A stretch of 64,000 bases of DNA from an uncultured bacterium (GCA_964460985.1 CAYWQX010000005.1:26987-90986), one strand, 5' to 3'; shown: positions 49,957-59,257, numbered from the stretch's first letter. Program-made: numbers and translations. Notes: generated from the sequence alone by a model not told the origin.

Positions 49957-51186
49957 TCAATTCAAGTTAAAGAAGTAATAAAAGGGAGACGTTCTTCCCG
50001 AGATTCCTTTTACTATAAAAACGGTTCCATTTGAGATCTCGAAGGGGGGGCCTCCGCTCGAAGTCCATCGATACCCGGAGGGTGAAGAGGGGTCTTTTTC
50101 TGCTCGGATGATGATTCGTGTCATCGTTTTGTTTCCTTGCGTCAGATATTTTACAATGCCTTCATTCTGAATCAAGGTATTAATATTTTCTATCGATACA
50201 GGGTACTCAGAAACCTCTTCTACATACCCAATGATCGTGCCATACTTTTCTGAATCGATATTGGTAGGTTGAATCTCAACGCGGGTATTTAGCTGGATCA
50301 TTTTCCCTAAGGCCGCAGGCAGATAGGCAATAAAGATCTGCTCGCCCTGGGCGGGTTCAATCTTCGCAAGCGTATTGCCGATCGAGACTTTAGAGCCCTC
50401 CGAAGTGAGTATTTCGAGAAGCACTCCTTTTATGGGGCTTACAACTTGCTTAGCATCTGTCTCTACTCTAAGAAGCTCTAGTTCTAAGATTTGAGTTTGA
50501 AGCGCCATCTCTTTCTTTACTAGTTCTTCCTTTCGATGACCTTTTGCCAAAAATGCGTCAATTTGCGAAAGGCTGACTTTTGTTTTTTGAATCGCAATTT
50601 TTCTTTCCGACAAGATGTTCTCAATCGCTTGAAGATCCTGCACCCCTAAAAGGCCGCTCTCATAGAGGATCTGTTTTTTCTTTAACTCCTCCTCTAAAGT
50701 AATCAGGCTATTTTCAAGTTCTTTTAAGTTCTTTTGGGCAGCCTCTTTTTGCTTAAGATAGGCTAATTTCGAGGCCTCCTCCTCTTTTTGAACCTGTTTC
50801 TTGAGTTCGTTGAGCTCTTGGGTGAGTTTTTGGACCTCTCTTTTACGATTTTCGAATTTTAGATTGTTTTGCGGATTTACAATTTCGATCAGAGGAGTTT
50901 CAGGAAAGACTTGTTCATTCACTTTAACAAAAATTTTGGATACGAATCCATCCGATTTTGTTTGGACTGATACAAGCCCCTCTTTATTGAGGATGATCCC
51001 AAAACCGTCTATTAGGAAGGGGATAAATCCAAAAAACATCCATAGGATAGTGATAAGAATAAGTAATATTAAAGGGATGAGGACGAAGAACTTATTATAT
51101 ACCGGGGGCTGAAAAGGCTCTTCAATCTCCGTGTTAGAATGGATATTTTCCGGAGGGGGAGCGTCACTTTTTTTCTTTTCGTCCAT
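49957..51186 (-). CDS. HlyD-family type I secretion adaptor (second copy in the operon)
   Basis: N-terminal TM helix (FVLIPLILLILITILWMFFGFIPF). Lipoyl-like GFVSKIFVKVNEQV and VVSPIKGVLLEI around a long coiled coil. Paralogous to the 56210-57436 product, sharing IDG-GI-(L/I)N--GL and a C-terminal W(T/S)S(S/G)G...G(T)V motif. Confidence 0.8.
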   Translation of the reverse strand: MDEKKKSDAPPPENIHSNTEIEEPFQPPVYNKFFVLIPLILLILITILWMFFGFIPFLIDGFGIILNKEGLVSVQTKSDGFVSKIFVKVNEQVFPETPLIEIVNPQNNLKFENRKREVQKLTQELNELKKQVQKEEEASKLAYLKQKEAAQKNLKELENSLITLEEELKKKQILYESGLLGVQDLQAIENILSERKIAIQKTKVSLSQIDAFLAKGHRKEELVKKEMALQTQILELELLRVETDAKQVVSPIKGVLLEILTSEGSKVSIGNTLAKIEPAQGEQIFIAYLPAALGKMIQLNTRVEIQPTNIDSEKYGTIIGYVEEVSEYPVSIENINTLIQNEGIVKYLTQGNKTMTRIIIRAEKDPSSPSGYRWTSSGGPPFEISNGTVFIVKGISGRTSPFYYFFNLN

Positions 51187-51187
51187 A

Positions 51188-54016
51188 TTATACTAATTTC
51201 TGCTCCATAATAATCTTGTGGAAAGCCCCCTTTTTCTGAGAGAGTTCCTCGTAAGTCCCTGTTTCAACTACTCGCCGATCTTTTATCACGATAATTTTAT
51301 CCGCTTTTTGAATAGTGCTTAGACGGTGAGCGATGACGACTCTTGTGATATTCATCTGATCAATATTTTTAGTCACGATCTCTTGGGTTTGATTATCGAG
51401 CGCACTTGTTGCCTCATCGAGGAAGAGAATTTTGGGTTTTCCAATGATGGCTTTCGCTAACAGAATCCTTTGTTTTTGGCCCCCTGAAAAAGCTTTTCCG
51501 CCATTGATGAGAAGGGTCTCGAGCTTAGTGGGGAGAAGTTTTAAATCTTCTCCAAATCCGGCAAAAATAAGAGCGTTTAGAATCTCTTCATCGGAATAAT
51601 AACTGCCTCCCATAATGTTGTCTCGAAGTGAGGCGCCTAGGATTTTTGAATCCTGTAAAACCGATCCGATTTGTTGCCTAAGTTTTTTCGGATCGAGCGT
51701 ATTCAAGTCTTTCCCATCATAATAAATGGCTCCTTTGACCGGCTTCTCAAAACCTAAAAGCAGTTTAAGCAAAGTTGATTTACCGCTTCCGGATGCCCCT
51801 ACAATCGCGACGAACTCACGAGGCTCGATTGTGATGTTGATATTATCCAAGATGAAAGGGCTCTCTTTTTCATATTGGAAAGAGAGATTATTGATCTCGA
51901 TTTTACCGGTTAGAGATCCGGGATCGATTTTGTCGTCAGTCCATTCGGGGGTTTCTTGAAAAATAACTTCGCTTCTCTTCCATAAAGCGCCTGTATAGCT
52001 TAGAAATAAGAGGATATTCAAAAAGGAAAAATAGGACTGTATGAACATGCCAAAAGCAGTCAAAAAGCCTGTGAAATCTCCAAAATTAAAAGACTCTGAT
52101 TTGATATCGATTTTCCATAGTATCCAGACCATGAGGATAAATGCCCCCCCATACATGACGCTCCAGTTGATAGCGTTCACAAAATCTTGAATTTTTGCGA
52201 CCCTCCATTGAAGAGAGGTCATTTTTTGGAAATCTTTTTCCCAGAGGACAAAGCTTAAAAACTCTTTTCCGGCGGTCCTGATTTTTGAGATCGAATTAAG
52301 GATTTGGTAGACATAGGTATTAATTTCGCTTCGATAGTGATACACATCGATCCAACAAGCGTAGGAAATTCTTAATACAATGAGAGTCGTGAGAGTAAGG
52401 ATCACTACCACACCCACCGTGATCCAAGCGAGCGAGTGATTAAAATAAAACATGGGTATAAGGAACAAGAGGGAGAAAATCCCTTCAATCAGCCCTCTTA
52501 AATTTGGGCCCACAATAATTTTTTGAATATTGTCAAACCCAAGCGACCTTATAACCAAATCACCGATTTCAAAACGTTTAAAAAAGCGGATGGGAAGATC
52601 CAAAATTCTCTGGAAAATGGCAAGCTGAAGATTATGCTGGGAGACGGTATTAATTCTTAAAAATAGATATTCATTCACGAATTTGAAGGCAAGAATAGCA
52701 CTAATTGCAATCAGGTAGGCACTTGCTATCTGATAGAGGAAAAGATAATCGTTATTGGGAATAACTAAATTGTAAACGAGTTTAGTGGCGAAGGGCAAAA
52801 AGAGATTCAAAACAGCTACGAGAATAGCGATATAAAAGGCTGAGTTCAAATTTTTAAGCTGTCCTTCTAGCGAAAATGAGATGATTTTTAGAAAGCTTAA
52901 AGAAGCTGTCCTCGGAAGGTTTTTATAAAAGATAAAGGCTCTTTTATCGATCCTTGAAGGATCGATATCCTTTACAGGAGTTACTTTTTGAGTCTCCACA
53001 TCGAAGGCTTTATACTCGCCGTTGATAAAAAGAAGCGCTATGGGTTTTTCATCCACTGCCCCTAATAAAGGCCCTAGGTCATTTGAAAACCAACCCTCTT
53101 TGAGATTAATCAATCGGTAGTAGATGCCGTAATGATTAGAGATTTGTTGGATATCTTTCTGAACGTGAGATGAAGATTCAAAGGTTGAATTTTTATCGAT
53201 AAAATAAATGCCGGCTCTTTTCCAAATCAATTTTAAAGTGCTTAGAAGATAATTCTGGGATTTGACTTCGCTTGATAAAATAGCGTTTTCTTCTAATACT
53301 TGAGCCAGTTCGTCAAGAGCCTTCTCAAACTGATTTTCAGTCAATTTTTTTTCTTTAAGGAATTTAGCGAGAGAATCTTTTTGTTTTTCACGTATCCTTA
53401 AGGGAATAAAATGGCCTAAAATAGAGTTGAGCTGTTTTAAGCCCTCAGTGATTTTATGGGAGGAGAGATTTTTTAACGTCTCAATGCGTAGAGATTTTGA
53501 GCTTTCATTTTTGATCCAAAAGGAGTGATGAACAGGAAAAAAAATGGCCGGCTTTATTCTTAAATCGTTTACGCCAAAAAGGACTAACCCCTCCTGGTCT
53601 GTTTTTATCCATTTCAATCCGCTCCTATCATCTCCCTTACGAGACTCGGCTGTATCGCCTATTGCAAGTTCAAAAGATTCTTCGGCAATTATATGGGAAG
53701 GAAAATCGAGTCCTTCAGGATAAAATTCGTTAAAACTTTCGATCCAATCATATATTTGAGGCTCGACCGTATTAAAATCTAATTCAGGGGTTTCTAATTC
53801 CGTATCTTCGATGGCTATAAGCAATAATGAAAAGGGCGATTCATGAAAATCAAAGGGGAAAAAGATATCTCCCTTTCGAACAGTTTTGATGTATGTCAAT
53901 GCGGGTAAATTGGGATCAGAGGAGGCGATATATAAATTGCAAGATCCTTTCTTTAACGAGTATATTTTTTGAAAAGGACTTAAAGTAAAACGTGAATTAA
54001 TTGAAAGGTGAGTCAT
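51188..54016 (-). CDS. ABC exporter permease/ATPase with ~390-aa N-terminal extension and no peptidase domain; resembles the second ABC subunit of NHLP/NHLM-type bacteriocin exporters
   Basis: 942 aa. Six-TM exporter core, Walker A GASGSGKST, signature FSGGQKQRILLA, Walker B ILFLDEATSALD. ATGA overlap with the upstream C39-ABC gene. The subfamily call rests on architecture and gene order only. Confidence 0.75.
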   Translation of the reverse strand: MTHLSINSRFTLSPFQKIYSLKKGSCNLYIASSDPNLPALTYIKTVRKGDIFFPFDFHESPFSLLLIAIEDTELETPELDFNTVEPQIYDWIESFNEFYPEGLDFPSHIIAEESFELAIGDTAESRKGDDRSGLKWIKTDQEGLVLFGVNDLRIKPAIFFPVHHSFWIKNESSKSLRIETLKNLSSHKITEGLKQLNSILGHFIPLRIREKQKDSLAKFLKEKKLTENQFEKALDELAQVLEENAILSSEVKSQNYLLSTLKLIWKRAGIYFIDKNSTFESSSHVQKDIQQISNHYGIYYRLINLKEGWFSNDLGPLLGAVDEKPIALLFINGEYKAFDVETQKVTPVKDIDPSRIDKRAFIFYKNLPRTASLSFLKIISFSLEGQLKNLNSAFYIAILVAVLNLFLPFATKLVYNLVIPNNDYLFLYQIASAYLIAISAILAFKFVNEYLFLRINTVSQHNLQLAIFQRILDLPIRFFKRFEIGDLVIRSLGFDNIQKIIVGPNLRGLIEGIFSLLFLIPMFYFNHSLAWITVGVVVILTLTTLIVLRISYACWIDVYHYRSEINTYVYQILNSISKIRTAGKEFLSFVLWEKDFQKMTSLQWRVAKIQDFVNAINWSVMYGGAFILMVWILWKIDIKSESFNFGDFTGFLTAFGMFIQSYFSFLNILLFLSYTGALWKRSEVIFQETPEWTDDKIDPGSLTGKIEINNLSFQYEKESPFILDNINITIEPREFVAIVGASGSGKSTLLKLLLGFEKPVKGAIYYDGKDLNTLDPKKLRQQIGSVLQDSKILGASLRDNIMGGSYYSDEEILNALIFAGFGEDLKLLPTKLETLLINGGKAFSGGQKQRILLAKAIIGKPKILFLDEATSALDNQTQEIVTKNIDQMNITRVVIAHRLSTIQKADKIIVIKDRRVVETGTYEELSQKKGAFHKIIMEQKLV

Positions 54017-56217
54017 GTAATACTCCCTTTTTGTATTTCCTTTTCAAGCTCAACAAATTTTCTATAAATGCTTTCCCCCATCATCAGTTCTTGAGGCGAG
54101 CCCATTTCAATAATTTCTCCATTTTCAAGAACAAAGATCTTATCGCACAATTTAGTTGAGCTTAAGCGGTGGGCAACCACTAAAAGGGTAAATCCCTTTT
54201 TTCTCAAATTATGAATAATAGAAGACTCCGATTCAGAGTCGACATTGGATAGGGCTTCATCGATAATTACAATGCTAGGCTCTTTAGCAAAAATTCTTGC
54301 TATCTCTACTTTTTGTCTTTGACCGCCGCTTAAATTGCTTCCACCTTGCAAAATCATTGCGTCATACCCATGCGTTCGTTGGAGAATTTCGGTGTGAAGG
54401 CAAGCTTCTTTTGCGGCCTTCACAATAGTTTCCTGGCTTAGCGTTGGATCGAAAAAGGCGATATTTTCTTTAAAGGTATCGCTATAAAGAAGCACCTCTT
54501 GCTCGGCAACCCCTAAAGAACGGATAATGAGATCGCGGGGAAGATTATTTTTAGGTATGCCGTCAAAAAGTATTTCGCCCTCCCAAGGCTCTAGTAAACC
54601 GCAAATTAATTTGACTAAAGTCGATTTGCCGGAAGCGGTGAATCCTACAAGACCTACCATCTCTCCCGGTTGAATGGTCATATTAATATTTTTTAAGATG
54701 GGATCGGCTTCCTTGTCGTAACCGAAGGTGAGATTTCTTATTTCTATCCTACCTTTAAGCTTAGCCCCCTGGTAGTCATTATGTTCTTCCTGTAAGAGAA
54801 AGCTTTTGTCGATATTATTTTTCAAAACATCATTTATTCGGTTGATGTCCACTCTTATGAGTTCAGCCACGCTGTTGAAATTAACTAAGCGAATGACGGG
54901 CGCTGTAAAAAAATTCATGAGAAGAATCATGGCAAAAAGCATTCCTAATGAAAGGTCGCCCGACATGACCCTTTCAGCCCCTAAAAATAAGACTATACCG
55001 CTTGTAAACAATTGCAGAAAATAGGGGATAGTCCCCGCTAAAATATCTTTTTGAGCCGCTTCCTTAGAGGCGTTTAAGTTTCTTGTGTAGTGGCCTGCCC
55101 AGTAGCTGAAAATTTTATTTTCAGAGTTGGAGGCTTTAATTGTTTCTATACTATCCAGGAGGTTGTATGTCTCACCTATCACCCTCGAAAAGGTCTGCTG
55201 GTAGATGTTATAGGCATTTAGCTTCACTTTGAAAAGATATCTTAATAAAAGTAGGTTGATCACGAGAAATAAAATCCCGATATTCGCGATCAAAGGATCG
55301 TAGTAAAACATGATCGCTGCGAAAGCGATCGACAAAATGGCATCGACTACAAGGCCTGTGAGCTGGGTTGTGATACCTACAGAGACGTTTTCATTGATTT
55401 GAAGACGATTTGTGATCTCTCCGCTATATCTTTGAAGATAGAATTCATAGGGGAGGCGTAATATATGCCATAAAAATTGGGTTGAAAGGTACGTTGTAAG
55501 AAAAATCTGCACCCGCGATAAAATTCTTTGTTCGAGAAATTTCAGTCCTACCATCAAACCAAAAAACAAAAGGGCAAAGAGGATAAACTCCTCCTGCCAG
55601 TGGTCGATTCGATTGATTAAAAAATTATCGATAAAAACTTGCGTCATTAAGGGAACCAACAAGAGGGGAGCCATCAAGATAAAATTGATAATGAAAGTGG
55701 CGATGAATGGTTTTTTAGCCCTTTCGAATATGGTGAGAAAGGAATTAATGATGGTAGTTTTTTGGCCGGACGGGGTAAAATCGAGCGATTTTTCAAATAA
55801 TATGACCAACCCTGAATAAGATTTTTTAAAATCTTCATAGGAGATGCTTATCTGTCCAATCGAGGGATCCATGATAAAGACACTCTCTTTTGAAAACCCT
55901 TCAATAACCACAAAATGGTTCATATTCCAGTAAGCGATGAACGGGAGCGGCAAATCATAAAGATCTTTTAACTCTACCTCATGCGCTTCAGTCAAAAGGC
56001 CGTACTGATTTGCTACATTAGTAATTCCAAAAACGCTTGCCCCTTCCCTCGTAACGTTGCACTCTTTTCTTATCTGTTCTAAAGGAAAGAATTTGCCGTG
56101 ATACTCAAAAATACTTAAGAGGCAGGCAGCGCCGCATTCCACCGCCTCCATCTGCATGACAGTGGGGACCTCCCGTCTTGAAAATTTGGAAGCTTTAGGA
56201 ATGCTAGTTTCATTCAT
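54013..56217 (-). CDS. ABC exporter with N-terminal C39 cysteine peptidase domain (bacteriocin/double-glycine-peptide processing type)
   Basis: The C39 catalytic set is intact: QMEAVECGAACL (Gln, Cys), NHFVVIEG (His), IMDPS (Asp). Then a six-TM core, Walker A GFTASGKST, signature LSGGQRQKVEIA, Walker B IVIIDEALSNVD. 734 aa. Confidence 0.88.
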   Translation of the reverse strand: MNETSIPKASKFSRREVPTVMQMEAVECGAACLLSIFEYHGKFFPLEQIRKECNVTREGASVFGITNVANQYGLLTEAHEVELKDLYDLPLPFIAYWNMNHFVVIEGFSKESVFIMDPSIGQISISYEDFKKSYSGLVILFEKSLDFTPSGQKTTIINSFLTIFERAKKPFIATFIINFILMAPLLLVPLMTQVFIDNFLINRIDHWQEEFILFALLFFGLMVGLKFLEQRILSRVQIFLTTYLSTQFLWHILRLPYEFYLQRYSGEITNRLQINENVSVGITTQLTGLVVDAILSIAFAAIMFYYDPLIANIGILFLVINLLLLRYLFKVKLNAYNIYQQTFSRVIGETYNLLDSIETIKASNSENKIFSYWAGHYTRNLNASKEAAQKDILAGTIPYFLQLFTSGIVLFLGAERVMSGDLSLGMLFAMILLMNFFTAPVIRLVNFNSVAELIRVDINRINDVLKNNIDKSFLLQEEHNDYQGAKLKGRIEIRNLTFGYDKEADPILKNINMTIQPGEMVGLVGFTASGKSTLVKLICGLLEPWEGEILFDGIPKNNLPRDLIIRSLGVAEQEVLLYSDTFKENIAFFDPTLSQETIVKAAKEACLHTEILQRTHGYDAMILQGGSNLSGGQRQKVEIARIFAKEPSIVIIDEALSNVDSESESSIIHNLRKKGFTLLVVAHRLSSTKLCDKIFVLENGEIIEMGSPQELMMGESIYRKFVELEKEIQKGSIT

Positions 56218-57436
56218 GCGTATCTTTTGGCCATTTCAAATTGTCGATAGGAATCAGATAGTAAAGAGGTCTTGCCTGTTCAATAACCGCCTCTACATCA
56301 CCCACAGTCCCTTTAGAAATCAATACGTTTGGCTCGTTTCCTGAACTCCACAAAAATAAATGAGGATTTTGCGGATCTTGCAGAGGCTTGATGAGAGCTT
56401 CTATAACGGCAGGTTGATTATTCATCAGGTAAGATACGACCATTTTATTCTGGATTCGATTGATGACGTTTGTCTCGGACACTGCATACTGAGATATTTG
56501 ATCAACTCTTCCAAGAATACCCCCATAAATATTCTCGTTTACGGTTTTGACTCGCATGATCGCAAGATCGCCGAGTTGTATCTTTTTGCCGGTCTGGATA
56601 GGAAAATAGGCTAAAATGAGAGGCTGAAAATTCTTTTGAGAATCTACTTCAAGCCAAACCAATGAGTCGCCCGGAGAGACGATTTGCCCTTCAAATGTTT
56701 TAAGCTCTAAAACTCTTCCTGATTCAGGGCTTACAATTTGAGTTTGCTTTTGAGCAATTAGGAGTAAATCTAAATTCTCTTTCTCTTTCCTGACCTCTTC
56801 TTCTTTTTGAATAATCTCCTGCGTCCGATACTCTCTTTGTTCTTCAGCAATTAATTCTGAAAGTTCCCCTTTTTTGGTTTCTAAATCGACTTTTTTCAAA
56901 ACAAAATCTTGCTCTTCGCTCCGATAAATTTTTTGGCTAATCAAGCCTTCTTCAAGAAGCTTTTGATGTTTTTCTAAAATGAGATTGTAAGAAGCAATAT
57001 TCTTCTCCAATTCGCGGATGTTAAATTCAGTCGACTTAATTTTTGTTTGAAGGGCTTGTCTTTCGGCGGTGTATTCTCGACGTATTCTATCTTGTAGATT
57101 TTTGAGCTCTTCACTCAGGTTATTTAAACGTTTTTCTGAGGCGGAAATTTTTAGCTGTAATTCAGGATCTTCAATTTTCATTAAAAGATCGCCGCTTTTC
57201 ACTAAATCGCCCTGTTCTACGAAAATTTCTTTCAAGGTTCCTTTTACAGGAGACTGAATGTCTTTAAGACCGGACTCGTTGATTAGAATACCTCTTCCGT
57301 CAATAGAGACTGCAATCGTTCCGAAAATACTCCAGAGGACAACACCTAATATCAAAAGGAATGAGATCGCAAATCCAATTTGAATGGGAAGACTTAAAAT
57401 TTTTATGTCTTTCAGCGAATCGACATCTTTTTTCAT
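56210..57436 (-). CDS. HlyD-family secretion adaptor (first copy in the operon)
   Basis: TM helix (IQIGFAISFLLILGVVLWSIFGTIAV). Lipoyl-like GTLKEIFVEQGDLVKSGDLLMKIED and IVSPESGRVLEL around a long coiled coil. The track start (57448) is a GTG. The ATG at 57436 forms an ATGA overlap with the upstream stop, so I prefer it. Confidence 0.8.
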   Translation of the reverse strand: MKKDVDSLKDIKILSLPIQIGFAISFLLILGVVLWSIFGTIAVSIDGRGILINESGLKDIQSPVKGTLKEIFVEQGDLVKSGDLLMKIEDPELQLKISASEKRLNNLSEELKNLQDRIRREYTAERQALQTKIKSTEFNIRELEKNIASYNLILEKHQKLLEEGLISQKIYRSEEQDFVLKKVDLETKKGELSELIAEEQREYRTQEIIQKEEEVRKEKENLDLLLIAQKQTQIVSPESGRVLELKTFEGQIVSPGDSLVWLEVDSQKNFQPLILAYFPIQTGKKIQLGDLAIMRVKTVNENIYGGILGRVDQISQYAVSETNVINRIQNKMVVSYLMNNQPAVIEALIKPLQDPQNPHLFLWSSGNEPNVLISKGTVGDVEAVIEQARPLYYLIPIDNLKWPKDTHE

Positions 57437-58533
57437 ATGATATGCCACATTTTTGCAAAGAAAAGAGCAAAGAAGTGCACGAATATCACCCCCGATAAAT
57501 TGGGGGCCTTATTAAAAATCCAGGTAAGCAGGAAATTTAATGATAAACTCAAAAATAAAAGCATAGGAGCTATTGGATGTATATGGATCGCCGGCATGAA
57601 TACGGAAAAAATAGAGGTCATGGCAATCGCTTGGAGGTTTTTATGAGAGCCTAAAAAAATTGTTATTTTTTTTAAAAAAAATCCTCGAAGAACTAATTCA
57701 AACAAAATGACATAAGGAACTAAGCCGATAAACCAAAGAACATGAGAGGACTCTTCTTTTGACCCATAGATAAATGAAAACAAATACAAACAGGGGAGTA
57801 TAACTATCAAAGATCTCGCCGCAAGATTCATTGATTTCCAAAAATTATCTGATTCAAATCCCGTTTGATCCCAAAATAAAAGGAGCCGTTCTTTGAAAAG
57901 AAACAAGATAGCGCCTAGGGATAGCCAGTAGATAAAATTGAATAAACCGGTAGAAAGAGAATGAAAGCCACTTAATAATATATAAAGTGTAATGTTTAAC
58001 AAAAAAGCCAAGCCGATAAACTCGCAGAGTGTGTGTCCTGTTTGAAACGTAGTTTCTAGTTTTTCAGTCGCCTGTCTTGAGGAATAAATGTACTTCTCGC
58101 TTGTTTCAACGACTCTTTGATTGGATAAAATGGCAATATTTTCTAAAAGTTTCTGATAGACATTTTTTAGTCGCTCACTCTTTTTTAACACGTCAGGCTG
58201 AAGAGAATAGACCGTTGTCTCTTTTAGGGTTTCAATCGTAGAGGTGCGTGGAGTTTGATTGATGAAGGCGATTTCTCCAAAAGCATTGCCTTCTTCGATA
58301 TGTCCCAAAGTATAAGTAAAATGGTGGCTCGGATCCCATTTAAGAATTTTGACAGAACCTTTCACAATAAAAAACAGATCGGACGATCCTTGGTCTCCCT
58401 CTTCAAAGATATAATCTAACGCATCGAATTTACAGCGCTTTAAATAAGGAATTATTAGATCAAAGTCTTCTTCCGTAAAATTGGAGAAAAGAGGCTGCTT
58501 TTTTAGCTCTCCCACATCGGTATTCTCGTCCAA
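57433..58533 (-). CDS. Cyclic-nucleotide-binding domain fused to a polytopic membrane domain (weakly CPBP/Abi-like)
   Basis: The N-terminal cNMP-binding fold ends in GNAFGEIAFINQTPRTSTIET (FGE...R-T-[AS] phosphate-binding cassette). About 6 TM helices follow, with LFELVLRGFF, FMPAIHIH and VHFFALFF loosely recalling CPBP motifs ExxxR / FxxxH / Hxxx. There is no in-frame ATG before the domain. Apparent TTG start at 58533, one codon after an in-frame stop, with GAGAG upstream. Confidence 0.7.
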   Translation of the reverse strand: MDENTDVGELKKQPLFSNFTEEDFDLIIPYLKRCKFDALDYIFEEGDQGSSDLFFIVKGSVKILKWDPSHHFTYTLGHIEEGNAFGEIAFINQTPRTSTIETLKETTVYSLQPDVLKKSERLKNVYQKLLENIAILSNQRVVETSEKYIYSSRQATEKLETTFQTGHTLCEFIGLAFLLNITLYILLSGFHSLSTGLFNFIYWLSLGAILFLFKERLLLFWDQTGFESDNFWKSMNLAARSLIVILPCLYLFSFIYGSKEESSHVLWFIGLVPYVILFELVLRGFFLKKITIFLGSHKNLQAIAMTSIFSVFMPAIHIHPIAPMLLFLSLSLNFLLTWIFNKAPNLSGVIFVHFFALFFAKMWHII

Positions 58534-58709
58534 GGCTTACATCTCTCAGAACATAGGTTTACCTATATGTAACTTATAGTTAAATTTTAAGAAATTATTT
58601 AAAAAAGGAATTTTTAGAAGATGTACGAACGACTTAACAAAACATGGAATAGTATTACTACTGATTGTTGATAAATAGATGAGGAATCATGAAAGTTAGC
58701 TCGCTTCAA

Positions 58710-58796
58710 TTACATTGGCCATGTTAAGCCGCCGCCGCCAAATCGATTCGCTCCACCTTTAGATGATTTTTTGGACTTATTAGGATTTTTTTTCAT
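58710..58796 (-). CDS. Precursor peptide P1 (28 aa): MKKNPNKSKKSSKGG-ANRFGGGGLTWPM
   Basis: Read manually from the reverse complement. Same length, start and stop geometry as P2 and P3. Lys-rich leader ending KGG, core ending WPM-stop. The RBS is degenerate (ttGAGc). Lies 177 nt upstream of the exporter operon on the same strand. Confidence 0.65.
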   Translation of the reverse strand: MKKNPNKSKKSSKGGANRFGGGGLTWPM

Positions 58797-58843
58797 TGTT
58801 TTTAAGCTCAATATTTATAGGATCTTGTAATAAAAATTTAAGC

Positions 58844-58876
58844 CCATAATAAAACAAATTTTTTGTTTTATTATGG
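58844..58876 (-). terminator. AT-rich hairpin downstream of P2 (ccataataaaac / gttttattatgg), weak terminator or attenuator
   Basis: Perfect 12-bp inverted repeat, extendable to 15 bp through aaa/ttt. On the minus-strand RNA it is followed by gcuuaaauuuuua. A paralogous copy follows P3. Confidence 0.4.
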
Positions 58877-58921
58877 AATATTATTAAAGGTTAAGAATAG
58901 ATCGATTCTAAGGAGCATGAA

Positions 58922-59008
58922 TCACATAGGCCATGTAAAACTGCCACCGCCAAATCGAGTCGTTCCACCTTTTAAATTTTTTTTGGATTTATTTGGGACT
59001 CTTTTCAT
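58922..59008 (-). CDS. Precursor peptide P2 (28 aa): MKRVPNKSKKNLKGG-TTRFGGGSFTWPM
   Basis: ATG immediately preceded by an in-frame TAA. AAGGAG lies ~14 nt upstream. Synonymous differences from P1 and P3 at several codons (CCA/CCT, AAA/AAG, GGT/GGC/GGA) indicate selection on this frame. Confidence 0.7.
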   Translation of the reverse strand: MKRVPNKSKKNLKGGTTRFGGGSFTWPM

Positions 59009-59047
59009 TTATTTTTTTGTTTCTCCTTAACTAGGTAGACACTAATT

Positions 59048-59076
59048 ATTAAAATATATTTTTTATTTTAAATCAA
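59048..59076 (-). promoter_or_regulatory. Putative sigma70-like promoter for P2 (TTGATT-N17-TTTAAT on the minus strand)
   Basis: -35 is aatcaa at 59071-59076 (plus strand) and -10 is attaaa at 59048-59053, with 17-nt spacing. It lies ~40 nt upstream of the P2 ATG. The same geometry is conserved upstream of P3. The AT-rich context makes chance matches easy. Confidence 0.3.
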
Positions 59077-59195
59077 TAGTTTAATATTTTTTTTAAAAAA
59101 ATAGTATTATTAAAGATTTTATTAAAAAAATCGCTTGTAAGCATTTTAAAGCTTAATGTTTCTTAAATTGTGTTGATAATGGCGTGTTGTAAGGA
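59068..59195 (-). pseudogene. Decayed duplicate of the 3' end of the SNF2 helicase gene (about 42 codons)
   Basis: 59023-59195 aligns by eye with 59434-59613 (offset ~414 nt), including the ...IKLLI-stop codons. The copy reads L**YYFFKKNIKLLI*, so it contains stops and indels. Confidence 0.6.
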
Positions 59196-59257
59196 AATGA
59201 CAATCTTTTTTTTGAATTTTTGGGATAGGTTAAAAGAAAGTTAAATCAAAAAAAGAG

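Noticed and set aside
58541-58600. Possible fourth, degenerate peptide copy just upstream of the cNMP-binding gene (…AAA CCT ATG TTC TGA resembles TGG CCT ATG TAA)
   Set aside because: Only the CCTATG hexamer matches. There is no in-frame start, leader or KGG, which is too little to distinguish from chance in AT-rich sequence.
58917-59030. 37-aa plus-strand ORF (MNHIGHVKLPPPNRVVPPFKFF...) with AGGAG upstream, antisense to peptide gene P2
   Set aside because: The equivalent plus-strand frames opposite P1 and P3 are interrupted early (12 aa and 23 aa, in different frames). The minus-strand frame is conserved in length, start, stop and motif in all three copies.
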